From the NCBI GenBank assembly GCA_949282555.1, contig CASDPK010000021.1, forward strand, positions 1,732 through 65,731: a stretch of 64,000 nt of DNA. Reading direction: 5' to 3'. The translations under genes were made by a program, and so were the position numbers. The DNA comes from an uncultured Lentisphaeraceae bacterium (GTDB taxonomy: Bacteria > Verrucomicrobiota > Kiritimatiellia > RFP12 > DVOR01). The notes under the pieces were generated by a model. That model ran no database searches. It saw only the letters and a program-made list of their open reading frames with translations, and had not been told where the DNA came from. Shown piece by piece: positions 49,314 to 59,508 of this stretch (position 1 is its first letter; the number at the start of each line of letters is the position of its first letter).

Positions 49314-50447
49314 CTAGTATGGCACATTCCCCGCGTCAGCGCAAACGGTCTTGCGAAGCCCGGCATAGAGGGCAAGCGTGTCGGCGGCCATGCGTTCGGC
49401 GGTGAAACGTTCGGCGATGTGGGCCCGCAGGCCGGAAAAGGCGGAGGCGCGGAGACGGCGAAGGGCGTCGGCAAGGGCCGCGACGTCGCCCGGGGGCACC
49501 AAGAAGCCGTCCTGCCCATCGCGCACGATGTCGAGGACGCCGCCATGGGCGGCGGCGATGACGGGCGTTTCCATGGCGAGGGCTTCGGCGACGGTGCGCC
49601 CGAAACTCTCCGGCTTGCGGACGTTGCAGGAGCAGACCACGTCGGCCAGCGCCGCAATCTCGGGAATGCGCCGCTGACTGCCCACGAAGCGGACGCGCCC
49701 CTCCACGCCGAGGTCGCGCGCCAGGGCCTTCAATCCCTCAAAGTAATTTTCCTGACGCCGCTGGGGGCCGCCGACGACAAGGGCGGTGAGCTCCGGCCAA
49801 TCGGGAAGCGCGGCCACGGCACGGATGAGGACGTCCACGCCTTTGAGGGAGGAGACGCGGCCAATGGCGGCGGCGACGAAGCGCCCCTCCAAGCCCTGTT
49901 CCCGGCGGAACCGCCCCATCCACGCAAGGTCGATCCGGGCAGGATCGAAGGTCGCCAAATCCACGCCGCGGGGAATGACGCTGAGGCGTCCCTCGGGGAC
50001 CCACGGATAGTGCGTCCGCACGAAGTCGCGCCCGGCGGTGGACACGCAGATGACGCGGTCGGCCCGCACCATCACGCTGCTGTAGAGGCAGGGGTGGTTG
50101 AGGCCGTGCAGGGTGGCCACGGTGGGGAGGCGCAGATCCCGGGCGCGGTTGGCCCAAAGCGTCAGCCAGCCGGGCACGCGGCTGCGGTAGTGGATGATCT
50201 CGGGGCGGAGACGGCGCAACGCCCGGCGCAACGCCAACATTCGGAGAGGGGCGGTGAGCGGATTCTTGCTCTTGACGTCCAACGTGAGGTGGCGCCCGCC
50301 ATCGCGCTCGATTTCCGCCACGCGGCGGCCGCCGGCGGAGATCACCCAGCTTTCGTGGCCGGCGGCGACGTAAAGCCGGTTGGAATCCACGACGCCGCGT
50401 TCCACGCCGCCATCGTCAAGGGAAGGAAGGATTTGGAGAATGCGCAT
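49314..50447 (-). CDS. Glycosyltransferase family 4
   Basis: GGVERG, KPESFGRTVAEALAMETPVI. Confidence 0.9.
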   Translation of the reverse strand: MRILQILPSLDDGGVERGVVDSNRLYVAAGHESWVISAGGRRVAEIERDGGRHLTLDVKSKNPLTAPLRMLALRRALRRLRPEIIHYRSRVPGWLTLWANRARDLRLPTVATLHGLNHPCLYSSVMVRADRVICVSTAGRDFVRTHYPWVPEGRLSVIPRGVDLATFDPARIDLAWMGRFRREQGLEGRFVAAAIGRVSSLKGVDVLIRAVAALPDWPELTALVVGGPQRRQENYFEGLKALARDLGVEGRVRFVGSQRRIPEIAALADVVCSCNVRKPESFGRTVAEALAMETPVIAAAHGGVLDIVRDGQDGFLVPPGDVAALADALRRLRASAFSGLRAHIAERFTAERMAADTLALYAGLRKTVCADAGNVPY

Positions 50448-50460
50448 AAGCGTGAAAGGA

Positions 50461-51927
50461 TTACGAAGCGACGTCGCGGGGGCGCTCCCCGCCGAGGCGG
50501 ATGACCATGGCGGCGCAGAGGAAGGTGAAGACGCCGGCGATGGCGTAGGCCTCGCGGATGGGGAGATTGAGGCCGTAGGGGCAGCCCGCGTGGGAGGGGT
50601 CGGACCACAGGATGAAGCTCGTGACCACAAAGGTCATGAACATCCCGGGCGCCAGCGTGAACCATGGGGCGATGCCTTTGCGCATCAGCCACACGGTGCA
50701 GACCATCAGCGTGGAGGCCGAGAGGATCTGATTGCCCCACGCAAAGTATTTCCACAGCCACTCGAAGCTCTCGGCGCTGAGGTTGCTCCACCACAGCAGC
50801 ACGCAGACCACGGCGATGAGCGGGAGGCAGAGGAACAGACGCGCCCCCAAGCGGCGCTGGGGCAAACGGAGCGCCTCGGCCAGCGTCAGGCGCAGACTGC
50901 GCAGGGCGGTGTCGCCGGAGGTGATGGCCAGCACGATCACGCTGACCACCGTGACCTTGCCCATCCACGTGCCCAGGAAATGCTGGGTGGCGCGCACAAG
51001 CGCGTCGGTGGCCGGGCGCGACATCAACTCGGGGAAGAGGTTGTAAATCGCCATGCCGGCGCCCGCCCAAACCATGGCGATGACGCCCTCGACAATCATC
51101 ATGCCGTAATACGTGGCCCGCGCCTGCGCCTCGGACGTCATCGTGCGCGCGACGATGGGCGACTGCGTGGCGTGGAAGCCCGAAATGATGCCGCAGGCAA
51201 TCGTCACAAAGAGACAGGGGATGATGGGTTGGTCGCGGAACATCCCCGCCCGGAAGGCCTCACTCTCCGTGAACAGGGCCGGCTCCGCGACGCCCTGCCA
51301 CACCAACGCCCCCAGCATCGCCAGCGAACCCAATAGCAGGAGCCCGCCGAAGATCGGATAAATGCGCCCGATGATGCGGTCCACCGGGAAGAGCGTCGCG
51401 GCGATGTAGTAGAGGAAAATCACGACCACCGCGCCCCAGAAAACGGGCACGGCGGGCGCCGCCGCAGGCGCAAGCCCCTGCACCAAATGCGCCGGCACGT
51501 TGATGAACACCGCCACCACCAGCAACAGAAGCACCGTCACGAACAGGCCATAGACCTGCGTGTACCAGCGTCCCAGCGAACCCCGCGTCAGCGCGGGCAG
51601 ATTGGCGCCGCCCGCCCGCAGGCTCATGAACCCGGAAACGCAATCATGCACCGCCCCGCCGAAGATGCACCCCAGCGGAATGATCCAAAAGCACACCCAT
51701 CCGAACTTGATGCCAATGATCACCCCGATCACCGGCCCCACCCCGGCAATGTTCAACAGCTGGATGAGCAGATTCTTCCACATCGGCAACGGCACATAGT
51801 CCACCCCGTCGCCCTGCGCATAGGCCGGCGTGCGGCGGCCGTCCGGCCCCAACAGCCGCTCAATCAAGCGCCCGTAAGTGAAATAGCCCACAATCAATGC
51901 CGCAATGCCGCCGAGAAACCAAAGCAT
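50461..51927 (-). CDS. cstA: Carbon starvation protein A family transporter
   Basis: IQLLNIAGVGP, GGAVHD, TIACGIISGFHATQSP, ITSGDTALRS. Confidence 0.88.
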   Translation of the reverse strand: MLWFLGGIAALIVGYFTYGRLIERLLGPDGRRTPAYAQGDGVDYVPLPMWKNLLIQLLNIAGVGPVIGVIIGIKFGWVCFWIIPLGCIFGGAVHDCVSGFMSLRAGGANLPALTRGSLGRWYTQVYGLFVTVLLLLVVAVFINVPAHLVQGLAPAAAPAVPVFWGAVVVIFLYYIAATLFPVDRIIGRIYPIFGGLLLLGSLAMLGALVWQGVAEPALFTESEAFRAGMFRDQPIIPCLFVTIACGIISGFHATQSPIVARTMTSEAQARATYYGMMIVEGVIAMVWAGAGMAIYNLFPELMSRPATDALVRATQHFLGTWMGKVTVVSVIVLAITSGDTALRSLRLTLAEALRLPQRRLGARLFLCLPLIAVVCVLLWWSNLSAESFEWLWKYFAWGNQILSASTLMVCTVWLMRKGIAPWFTLAPGMFMTFVVTSFILWSDPSHAGCPYGLNLPIREAYAIAGVFTFLCAAMVIRLGGERPRDVAS

Positions 51928-52027
51928 CTTCCGTGCCTCCGCAAATGAGAAATACGGACAGTTTACACCCCCGCCGCCGGCTTTGGCAAACGTCCGCAGG
52001 TTCTTCCCAAGGCCACCCAACCGATTA

Positions 52028-52036
52028 TGCTATAAT
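52028..52036 (+). promoter_or_regulatory. Extended -10 promoter of the rib operon
   Basis: TGcTATAAT 8 nt upstream of the riboswitch P1 stem. Confidence 0.7.
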
Positions 52037-52044
52037 CGCAAGCA

Positions 52045-52169
52045 CCGTTTCCGGGGTCGGGTGGAAATCCCTGCCGGTGGTTAAAGCCCACGAGGGGACG
52101 CCGGGTGGCGTGCCCCTGACGCGGCGAACGTCCGCGGCCGACGGTCACAGTCCGGAAGAAAGGAAACGG
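52045..52169 (+). promoter_or_regulatory. FMN riboswitch (RFN element)
   Basis: ccgtttcc/ggaaacgg P1; GGGGTCGGGTGGAAATCCC..CCGGTGGT..AAGCCCACGA..GCCGACGGT.ACAGTCCGGA; upstream of ribBA. Confidence 0.92.
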
Positions 52170-52210
52170 TCGGAGCCCCGGGTGATGGGGCAGTTCGGGA
52201 GTTTGGCGCA

Positions 52211-53422
52211 ATGGCCGAAGATCCGTTCGATTCAGTGGAAGATTGCCTCGCGGAGATCCGCGCGGGAAGGTTTGTCGTCATCGTGGACGACGCACGGCGG
52301 GAAAACGAGGGCGACCTCATCATGGCCGCGGAGGCCGTGACGCCCGACGCCGTCAACTTTTGCATCAAAGAGGCGCGCGGCCTGCTTTGCGCCCCGTGCG
52401 ATGGCGCATTGCTCGACCGCCTTGGCATCGGTTTGGCGCCGAGCGTCAACCGCGGCGACGCCTTCGCCACGGCCTTCACGCTCAGCATCGACGGCGCGCC
52501 GCACACCGGCGTGACCACCGGCATCTCGGCGGCGGATCGCGCCACGGCCGTGCGTTTGCTCGCCGACCCGGCGGCGACGGAAAAGGATTGGGTCTCCCCC
52601 GGCCACCTCTTCCCCCTGCGGGCGCGCGAAGGCGGCGTGCTGGTGCGCGCGGGCCACACGGAGGCCACCGTGGATTTGGCGCGCCTCGCCGGCATGGCCC
52701 CCGCGGGCGTCTGCTGTGAGATCACGAAGGAAGACGGCACCATGGCGCGCCTGCCCGACTTGATCCCCTTCGCCCGCCAACACGGCCTGAAACTCTGCTC
52801 GGTGGAGAAACTGATTGCCTACCGCAGGGCCCACGAGACGCTGATCGAGCAGGTGGAAAGCGTGGATCTGCCCACGGCCTACGGCCACTTCCGGCTGACG
52901 ATGTTCCGCTCGAAACCCGATGGCTTGGAACACTTGGCCCTGACGATGGGGGATCTCACGGGCGGCGAGCCGCCGTTGGTGCGGGTCCACAGCGAATGCT
53001 TGACGGGCGACGTCTTCGGCAGTGCGCGGTGCGATTGCGGCTGGCAGCTGCACAGCGCCCTCCGTCAGATCGCCGAGGAGGGCCGCGGGTGCCTGCTCTA
53101 CATGCGCCAAGAGGGCCGCGGCATCGGCTTGGCCAACAAACTCCATGCCTACCGCTTGCAGGAGCAAGGATGCGACACGGTGGAGGCCAACGTGCGCCTC
53201 GGCTTCGCCCCCGACCTGCGGGACTACGGCATCGGCGCGCAGATCCTCGCGGCGCTCGGCCTCCGGCGTCTGCGCCTGCTCACGAACAACCCCCAAAAGG
53301 TGGTCGGCCTCGCGGGGCACGGGCTGGAGATCGTCGAGCGCGTGCCGCTCGTGGCCCACGCCGGCCCCTTCAACGCCCACTATCTCGAAACCAAAAAAGA
53401 AAAGATGGGCCACCTGCTGTGA
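52211..53422 (+). CDS. ribBA: DHBP synthase / GTP cyclohydrolase II
   Basis: RENEGDL, GHTEA, RVHSECLTGD, RCDCG, QEGRGIGL. Confidence 0.97.
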   Translation: MAEDPFDSVEDCLAEIRAGRFVVIVDDARRENEGDLIMAAEAVTPDAVNFCIKEARGLLCAPCDGALLDRLGIGLAPSVNRGDAFATAFTLSIDGAPHTGVTTGISAADRATAVRLLADPAATEKDWVSPGHLFPLRAREGGVLVRAGHTEATVDLARLAGMAPAGVCCEITKEDGTMARLPDLIPFARQHGLKLCSVEKLIAYRRAHETLIEQVESVDLPTAYGHFRLTMFRSKPDGLEHLALTMGDLTGGEPPLVRVHSECLTGDVFGSARCDCGWQLHSALRQIAEEGRGCLLYMRQEGRGIGLANKLHAYRLQEQGCDTVEANVRLGFAPDLRDYGIGAQILAALGLRRLRLLTNNPQKVVGLAGHGLEIVERVPLVAHAGPFNAHYLETKKEKMGHLL

Positions 53423-53451
53423 GCGGCCCCTCTCCCCGGAGTCCCAAGACC

Positions 53452-53913
53452 ATGAACGAAATCACCGGACAACTTTCCGCCAAGGGCCTGCGCCTCGCCT
53501 TCGTGGTGAGCCGCTTCAACTCCATCTTCACCGAGCAGCTGCTCAAAGGCGCCCGCGACGCCGCCCTCCGCCACGGCGCGGAGGAGGCCGACCTCACGGC
53601 CGTGCGCGTGCCCGGCGCCAATGAGATCCCGCTGGCCGCCGCCAAGCTCGCCCGGAGCGGGCGGGTGGACGCGGTGATCGCGCTCGGGGCCGTCATCGAC
53701 GGCGCGACCGACCACGCCATGCTCATCAACACCTCCGTGGCCCGCGCCCTCGCGCAAATCGGCCTCGAAACCGGCGTGCCCGTGCTCAACGGCATCGTCT
53801 GCGCCCACAACCTCGACCAAGCCATCGAGCGTTCCGGCTCCAAGGCCGGCAACAAAGGCTTCGACACCGTCGTGGCCGCCATCGAGGCCGTCAACGTCCT
53901 CCGTCAGCTCTGA
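53452..53913 (+). CDS. ribH: Lumazine synthase
   Basis: VSRFN, VPGANEIP, ALGAVI, GSKAGNKG. Confidence 0.96.
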   Translation: MNEITGQLSAKGLRLAFVVSRFNSIFTEQLLKGARDAALRHGAEEADLTAVRVPGANEIPLAAAKLARSGRVDAVIALGAVIDGATDHAMLINTSVARALAQIGLETGVPVLNGIVCAHNLDQAIERSGSKAGNKGFDTVVAAIEAVNVLRQL

Positions 53914-53933
53914 AAGCACAGGGAGCCCCACCC

Positions 53934-54434
53934 ATGGAACCACCCGCCACCAAACGCCGCCGCGGCCGCGAATGGGCCCTGCAAATGATCGTGCAGGCCG
54001 ACCTCAACCCCTTCGCCGACGTGAACCTCATCCTCTCCCATTTCTGGGAGCAGCAATGGAGCTGCCGCCAAGAGGCCGAGGGCAAGGAAGACAACGACAT
54101 GGACGACCTCGCCCGCACGTTGGAGCCCGGCGAGCGCCTCGCCTCCAGCGATCTGCGCGCCTTCACCGAAAACCTCGTGCGCGGCACCCTCGGCGCCCTC
54201 AAGGAGATTGACGCCTCCATCGCGCCTTACTGCGAGCACTGGAGCCTCGACCGGCTGGGCGTGATCGAGCGCTGCGTGCTGCGCCTCGGCTTCTATGAGA
54301 TCGACCGCCTCGGGACGCCCGCGCCCGTCGCCATCAACGAAGCGGTGGAGCTCGCCAAACACTTCTCCAACGCCGAGGCCGGCGCCTTCGTCAACGGCAT
54401 TCTCGACCGCCACGCAAGGGAACGGAAGGCCTAA
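53934..54434 (+). CDS. nusB: Transcription antitermination factor NusB
   Basis: RRRGREWALQ, WSLDRL, VAINEAVELAK, FVNGILD. Confidence 0.95.
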   Translation: MEPPATKRRRGREWALQMIVQADLNPFADVNLILSHFWEQQWSCRQEAEGKEDNDMDDLARTLEPGERLASSDLRAFTENLVRGTLGALKEIDASIAPYCEHWSLDRLGVIERCVLRLGFYEIDRLGTPAPVAINEAVELAKHFSNAEAGAFVNGILDRHARERKA

Positions 54435-54455
54435 CGGCCGAAAGGAGCAAGCGCT

Positions 54456-55370
54456 ATGGCCCAGATGGCAGTGAACCTCGGCGGGATCGCGATGAAAAAT
54501 CCCGTCACCGTGGCCTCCGGAACCTTCGGCTACGGACAGGAATACGCACAGCTCTTCGACCTCGCACGGCTCGGCGCCGTGACCGTGAAGGGCATCCGGG
54601 CCTGCGCGTGGCCGGGCAACCCCCTGCCGCGCCACACGGAGGTGCCCGGCGGCATGATCAACGCCATCGGGCTTCAGGGGCCCGGCGTGGAGGCGTTCGT
54701 CCGTGACGACATGCCCTTCCTCGCCGAGCGCAACGTGCCCACCATCGTGAACATTTGGGGCACCTCCGCCGAGGAATACGCCGAAGTGGCCGCGCGGCTC
54801 GACGGCGTGCCCGGCGTGTCGGGCCTGGAGCTCAACGTCTCCTGCCCCAACGTGAAGGAGGGCGGCGCAAGCTTCGGCACCCGCTTGGACACCTTCACGG
54901 ACGTGGTGCGCCGCGTCCGCGCCGCGACCCGGCTGCCGATCCTGCCCAAGCTCGCCCCCAACGTCCCCGACGTGCGCCCCTTCGTGCAGGCGGCGCAGGA
55001 CGCGGGCGCCGACGCGATCTCCCTGATCAACACGCTCCCCGCCATGGCCGTGGACATCGAGACCCGCCGCCCCATCTTGGCCAACCGCGTGGGCGGCCTC
55101 TCCGGCGCGGGCATCCACCCCATCGCCCTCAAGCACGTGTGGGAGGCCGCGCAGGTCGCCACGGTGCCGATTTTGGCGATGGGCGGCATCTTCTCCGCGA
55201 AGGACGCGCTCGACTTCATTCTCGTGGGGGCCACCGCCGTGGCCGTGGGCACCGCCACCTTCGTCGATCCGCTCGCGCCCATTCGGGTGTTGGAGGGCAT
55301 GGAGCGGTGGTTGGACGACCACGGCATCGCCGACGTCAACGACTTCCGGGGCACGTTGCGCCTTGAGTAG
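54456..55370 (+). CDS. pyrD: Dihydroorotate dehydrogenase, family 1 catalytic subunit
   Basis: NPVTVASGTFG, ELNVSCPN, KLAPN, GGLSG. Confidence 0.93.
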   Translation: MAQMAVNLGGIAMKNPVTVASGTFGYGQEYAQLFDLARLGAVTVKGIRACAWPGNPLPRHTEVPGGMINAIGLQGPGVEAFVRDDMPFLAERNVPTIVNIWGTSAEEYAEVAARLDGVPGVSGLELNVSCPNVKEGGASFGTRLDTFTDVVRRVRAATRLPILPKLAPNVPDVRPFVQAAQDAGADAISLINTLPAMAVDIETRRPILANRVGGLSGAGIHPIALKHVWEAAQVATVPILAMGGIFSAKDALDFILVGATAVAVGTATFVDPLAPIRVLEGMERWLDDHGIADVNDFRGTLRLE

Positions 55371-55429
55371 TCTGACGGGCGGACATCCATGGGAATCCCG
55401 CGGCGCGGCTCCCGAAGGGAGTCTGTGCC

Positions 55430-57010
55430 GTGGCTGAGATGATTCCCCCTTACTTTGGGCATGGGCCGGAGGCGGAGCGTTACGTCTTCCGCGCGCTTGA
55501 GCGCAATCTCGGCCCGGAATGGACGGTGTGGCACTCGGTGGCCTATTCCGCGCCGCTGAGCGGCGACGGGTCGGAGGGCGAGATCGACTTCGTCTGCTGT
55601 CACCCGCGCTACGGCCTGGTGGTGCTGGAGACCAAAGGCGGCACGCTCGACTTCAAGGACGGGCTGTGGTTTCAGGATGGCCGCCGCCTGCGCATGGGGC
55701 CCCCGGAGCAGGCCACCCGCAACCGTCACGCCTTCCTTGCCATCCTCTGCCGCGCCCTGCGCACCGCGCCGCTCCCCTTTCCCGTGGCCCACGCGCTTTG
55801 GTTCCCCTTCGCGGAACGCCCCTCGCGCGAACCGCCCGAGGCCGCCGGCATCACGCTCTACGCCTCCGACCTCCCCAATCCCACGCCGGCCCTTTTGCGC
55901 GTGTTGGGCGCCATGGACCGCGTCTGCTCCTCGCCGCTCGACATCGCGCGGCTGCGCACCATCCTCTCCCCCGACGTGGCCTACCGTCTCGGCTGGTTTC
56001 AGCGCCGCTCCCTCGCCGAAGCCCGCATCGCCGTGCTCACGCAGGAACAGGCGTTGGCCTTCGACGCCTTTTCGGAGTTTCCCCGCCTGCGGGTGCGCGG
56101 GTGCGCCGGGTCGGGCAAAACGCTCCTGGCCCTTCGGCGCGCCTTCCTCTTGGCCGACCAAGGGAAGCGCGTGCTCCTGCTCTGCTTCAACCTGCTGCTC
56201 GCCGAACACCTCCGCCGCCTGACGGCGCACCTCCCCACCCTGCGGGCGCAGGCCGTGAACGAATTTCTCTGCGAGCTCTTGGGCCGCGAGGACGATGGCG
56301 ACCCCGAGTTCTGGCACAACCTTGCGCGGGATGCCCTGCCCGCCGCGCGTGCGCTTGCGCAAGAGAGACGCTATGACGCCGTCATCGTGGACGAGGGGCA
56401 AGACTTCTCGCCCGCCGTTTGGGCGGCCGTCAAGGCGCTTGTCCCCGAAGACGCGGTGTTCATCGTCTTCTACGATCCCGCCCAAAACGTCTTCCAGCGC
56501 GATCTCTCGGCCCTGCCGGTCTTCCCTTGGCCCGAGGCCGTCCTTTCCGTCAATTGCCGCAACACCCGCGCCGTCTTCGAGGCGCTCCTCCCCTACGCCC
56601 CCAAAGACGCCGCCGCCTTCCCCTCCGCCCCGCCCGGAGACCAGCCGGAATATCTCTCCGCCGCCACGCGCCAGGGGATTCGCGCGCGTTTGCGCGCCGT
56701 GCTCACGCGCCTCCGGGAGACCGAGGGGATTCCCGTCGCCGACATCGTGCTGATGGGGGCCCACGCCCTTCACCGCATGGCGCTGGACGACATTCTCGCG
56801 GACTTTCCCGGCCTGCGCTATTTCACCTACCGCAAGTTCAAGGGGCTCGAAGCGCCCGTGCTCATCCTGCTCGACGTCTCGGACACCGACCCGCTCTGGG
56901 ATCGCACCGCCCGTTACACCGCCATCTCCCGCGCCATCCACCGCCTCATCGTGCTTTCGCTCACCCCGTCAAAGCGCACGCGGGCGGAACGCAAAGCCGA
57001 GACCCCATAG
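55430..57010 (+). CDS. NERD nuclease domain + SF1 (UvrD-like) helicase
   Basis: EGEIDF..LETKGG; GCAGSGKT, VDEGQD, NCRN, FKGLE, YTAISRA. Confidence 0.88.
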   Translation: MAEMIPPYFGHGPEAERYVFRALERNLGPEWTVWHSVAYSAPLSGDGSEGEIDFVCCHPRYGLVVLETKGGTLDFKDGLWFQDGRRLRMGPPEQATRNRHAFLAILCRALRTAPLPFPVAHALWFPFAERPSREPPEAAGITLYASDLPNPTPALLRVLGAMDRVCSSPLDIARLRTILSPDVAYRLGWFQRRSLAEARIAVLTQEQALAFDAFSEFPRLRVRGCAGSGKTLLALRRAFLLADQGKRVLLLCFNLLLAEHLRRLTAHLPTLRAQAVNEFLCELLGREDDGDPEFWHNLARDALPAARALAQERRYDAVIVDEGQDFSPAVWAAVKALVPEDAVFIVFYDPAQNVFQRDLSALPVFPWPEAVLSVNCRNTRAVFEALLPYAPKDAAAFPSAPPGDQPEYLSAATRQGIRARLRAVLTRLRETEGIPVADIVLMGAHALHRMALDDILADFPGLRYFTYRKFKGLEAPVLILLDVSDTDPLWDRTARYTAISRAIHRLIVLSLTPSKRTRAERKAETP

Positions 57011-57028
57011 GCCCCGGATTGGGCCATA

Positions 57029-57094
57029 CCGTACGCCGAGACGAGATGCACCGCATCCCGAGGTGAGATGCAGTGCATCGGCGAAAGCGACACG
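57029..57094. repeat. 22-bp-period repeat related to those at 8948 and 34784
   Basis: ccgtacgccgagacgagatgca / ccgcatcccgaggtgagatgca / degenerate third unit. Confidence 0.65.
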
Positions 57095-57117
57095 CTGGGG
57101 AATGCCGGTCGGGCGCC

Positions 57118-59115
57118 TCACGGTTGGGCGGGGAACCACTCCACCGTGAAGCGGAAGGTCATCGACCCCTCGCACCACATCCGGAAATTGGTGCCCCAAA
57201 AGTTGTTCAGCAAGCAGAACTGCACACCGCCGGAGAGGTCGGGCGGTTCGGTGCCGTAGCTAAGCCCCATCTCCTTGCCCACATTGAGCAGGAAGGCTTG
57301 CTCGGGGCGAATGCGGAGGGTGCCGGCCTCGGTGAGCAATTCCACGGAATCGCCCACGCCGTGCTGGCGGCGCGCGCCGCCGGGCACCACGTCCAGCAGA
57401 TCCACGCGCTCCCCCATCTTGTCGGCGAAGAGGCGCGTGAGCCCGGGCACGTTGAAGCGCACCCAATAGGCCTCGGGCAGGCGCACGGCGGGTTTGTCGA
57501 AGAGCGTCACCTCCACCACGCATCGGCAGGGGTTCTTCGCGTCCTTCTCCATGCTCACCTGCACGCGGCGGGGGAGAAGGGCACGTTCATGCGCCCCGGC
57601 GGTGGGGAAGGCGGCATCCCACGTGGTGCGCTCGCCCGTGGGGGTCTGTTCCGTGAGGTTCCCGGCGGCATGGGCGGGGAAGAGGGCGCCTTTGGCCTGC
57701 GTCCGCTCCAACCCCGGCTTGCCAAAGTCCGCCAAAGCCCAGCCGTAACGGGCGCGGAGATAACGCGCAAAGAAGCGGTCGTAATCCGCCGCGTCGAGGG
57801 TTTGATAACACAGGCTCACGTCCCCAACGCCGGGGAGCTTCCCGCGCCAAGCCTCCGCCGCCGGGCGTTGGGTGGGCACGGGACGCTCCGCGACACGGAT
57901 GGATTCGGCGAGGGTGGCCTCGGCCTCAACCTTTAGGTCGGCGGGGAGCAGGGCCAACGCCTCGGTGAGGCGGGCATCCACCTCCGCCCAGGATTGCTCG
58001 GCGAACCGGAAGGGCGCCGTGGTTCGGGCCTTGGCGAAGGGCTCGGGCTCATAAGCGTCCCACGCTTGCACATGCGTCTTCACGTCCACGCCCCAGGTAT
58101 GCTCGGCGGTGAAGCCCAGCGCCACGGCAAAATCGATGCCAAGGTCGGAGGCGGGATCGATCTTGCCTTCGGCCATCCAGCGGGCGAAAAGGCGTTGCGC
58201 GGCGCGGAACCGGGCCATGCGGCGCGGGGCGGAGGCGAACCCGTAAATCCACGTGTCGCCGATTTCCGACGTCACCACGGGAAGGTTCGCCCGCACAGGC
58301 TCCAACGCCTGCGCCACCTCGTTGAGCGAGCAGGCCTCCACCTTGGCGTTCGGGAAGCGCTTGTGGAGGTCGGCGAAGATGTTTTTCACGTGCCCAGCGG
58401 AATGGGGGCCGTGGTTGTCGCCCGTGAACGCCAGCGAGAAGGCGGTCTTCCCATCGGGCAAGATGTCCGTGGAGCCGTAGTCGCGCTGATACATGAGGAT
58501 GACGCTTTCGCCCGTGGGAGCCTTCCAAAGGCAAGGCGAAGGCACCTGCGGGATGGGAGAGGCGGGATTCACGCCAATGTGCAGGAGGCGCACGCCCGCC
58601 TTGGCAAGCGGCGCCACGATGCCGCGCGTGTGCCCCGGCACATCCGTCATCTTCGCGGCGATGGTCTTGCGGCCGTACGTTTTGTCCAGCCGCCGGGAAA
58701 GCCCAAGCATGGCGGAGAAGAGCGGACGCGTGAGCGCCTCGCTTTGCATGGTGTAGGGCGCGGCCGTCCATGCGATGGTCCCCTTGCGCAAGTGCCGCTC
58801 CAGCCGCGCGGCTTGCTCCGGTGGGGCCGACTTCAGGAATGTGTCGATGAGCCATGCGCCCACGGTCCAGGCATACCGAGCCTCACCGCCTTCGGCCTCC
58901 AACGCCTCGATGGTGTCCATGGCCTTGGGGATAAAGTCCTTCACATAACGCTCGGTCACCTTGGAGCTCAGATCCGTGAACCCCACGTCCAAATGCGTCT
59001 TGAAGACCACCAACACCCGCTCGACCGCCGCCTCTTGCGGCGACGGCGCACCGAAGGCCGCCGCGCAAACCAGCAGCGCCGCCATCACCCATCCCTTCGC
59101 GAACATGCCCTTCAT
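57118..59115 (-). CDS. Secreted DUF5054 / GH38-like glycoside hydrolase
   Basis: Signal peptide, FKTHLDVGFTD, KMTDVPGH, EIGDTWIYG, EHTWG, NNFWGTNF. Confidence 0.8.
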   Translation of the reverse strand: MKGMFAKGWVMAALLVCAAAFGAPSPQEAAVERVLVVFKTHLDVGFTDLSSKVTERYVKDFIPKAMDTIEALEAEGGEARYAWTVGAWLIDTFLKSAPPEQAARLERHLRKGTIAWTAAPYTMQSEALTRPLFSAMLGLSRRLDKTYGRKTIAAKMTDVPGHTRGIVAPLAKAGVRLLHIGVNPASPIPQVPSPCLWKAPTGESVILMYQRDYGSTDILPDGKTAFSLAFTGDNHGPHSAGHVKNIFADLHKRFPNAKVEACSLNEVAQALEPVRANLPVVTSEIGDTWIYGFASAPRRMARFRAAQRLFARWMAEGKIDPASDLGIDFAVALGFTAEHTWGVDVKTHVQAWDAYEPEPFAKARTTAPFRFAEQSWAEVDARLTEALALLPADLKVEAEATLAESIRVAERPVPTQRPAAEAWRGKLPGVGDVSLCYQTLDAADYDRFFARYLRARYGWALADFGKPGLERTQAKGALFPAHAAGNLTEQTPTGERTTWDAAFPTAGAHERALLPRRVQVSMEKDAKNPCRCVVEVTLFDKPAVRLPEAYWVRFNVPGLTRLFADKMGERVDLLDVVPGGARRQHGVGDSVELLTEAGTLRIRPEQAFLLNVGKEMGLSYGTEPPDLSGGVQFCLLNNFWGTNFRMWCEGSMTFRFTVEWFPAQP

Positions 59116-59328
59116 ACGCACGATACTCCTTTCCGGAAGACGCTCCGCCCAAAGCGTAGCACACGTGCCGGGCAGGCATCCCCCTCTTTCCGCCCCTCCC
59201 CGCACCCTGCATACACCAATAGCCACCCCATAAGATCATGGACGCCGTTCCCACGACAAGGCGGGCGAACAACGCCGCGAAAACGGCATCGTCCGTGTCA
59301 GAGAGGGGGTGCGAGGTCGGCGATGGAC

Positions 59329-59493
59329 TCAATCCCGCATGGTCGCTGGCGGGTCCATCTTTCCCTCGGAGACCGTCGTGAAAACGACCGCTGCCACATC
59401 CTCAAGAAAGGACTCCTCAGAGGAAAAGAAACAGACATGATAAAAGAGTGCCAACAACGTGAGGATGAGAATGATCTTGAGCGTCCTAAGCAT
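59329..59493 (-). CDS. Possible small membrane protein (54 aa)
   Basis: Manual translation MLRTLKIILILTLLALFYHVCFF...; AAGGGG SD-like sequence. Confidence 0.35.
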   Translation of the reverse strand: MLRTLKIILILTLLALFYHVCFFSSEESFLEDVAAVVFTTVSEGKMDPPATMRD

Positions 59494-59508
59494 CGCACAC
59501 CCCCTTCG

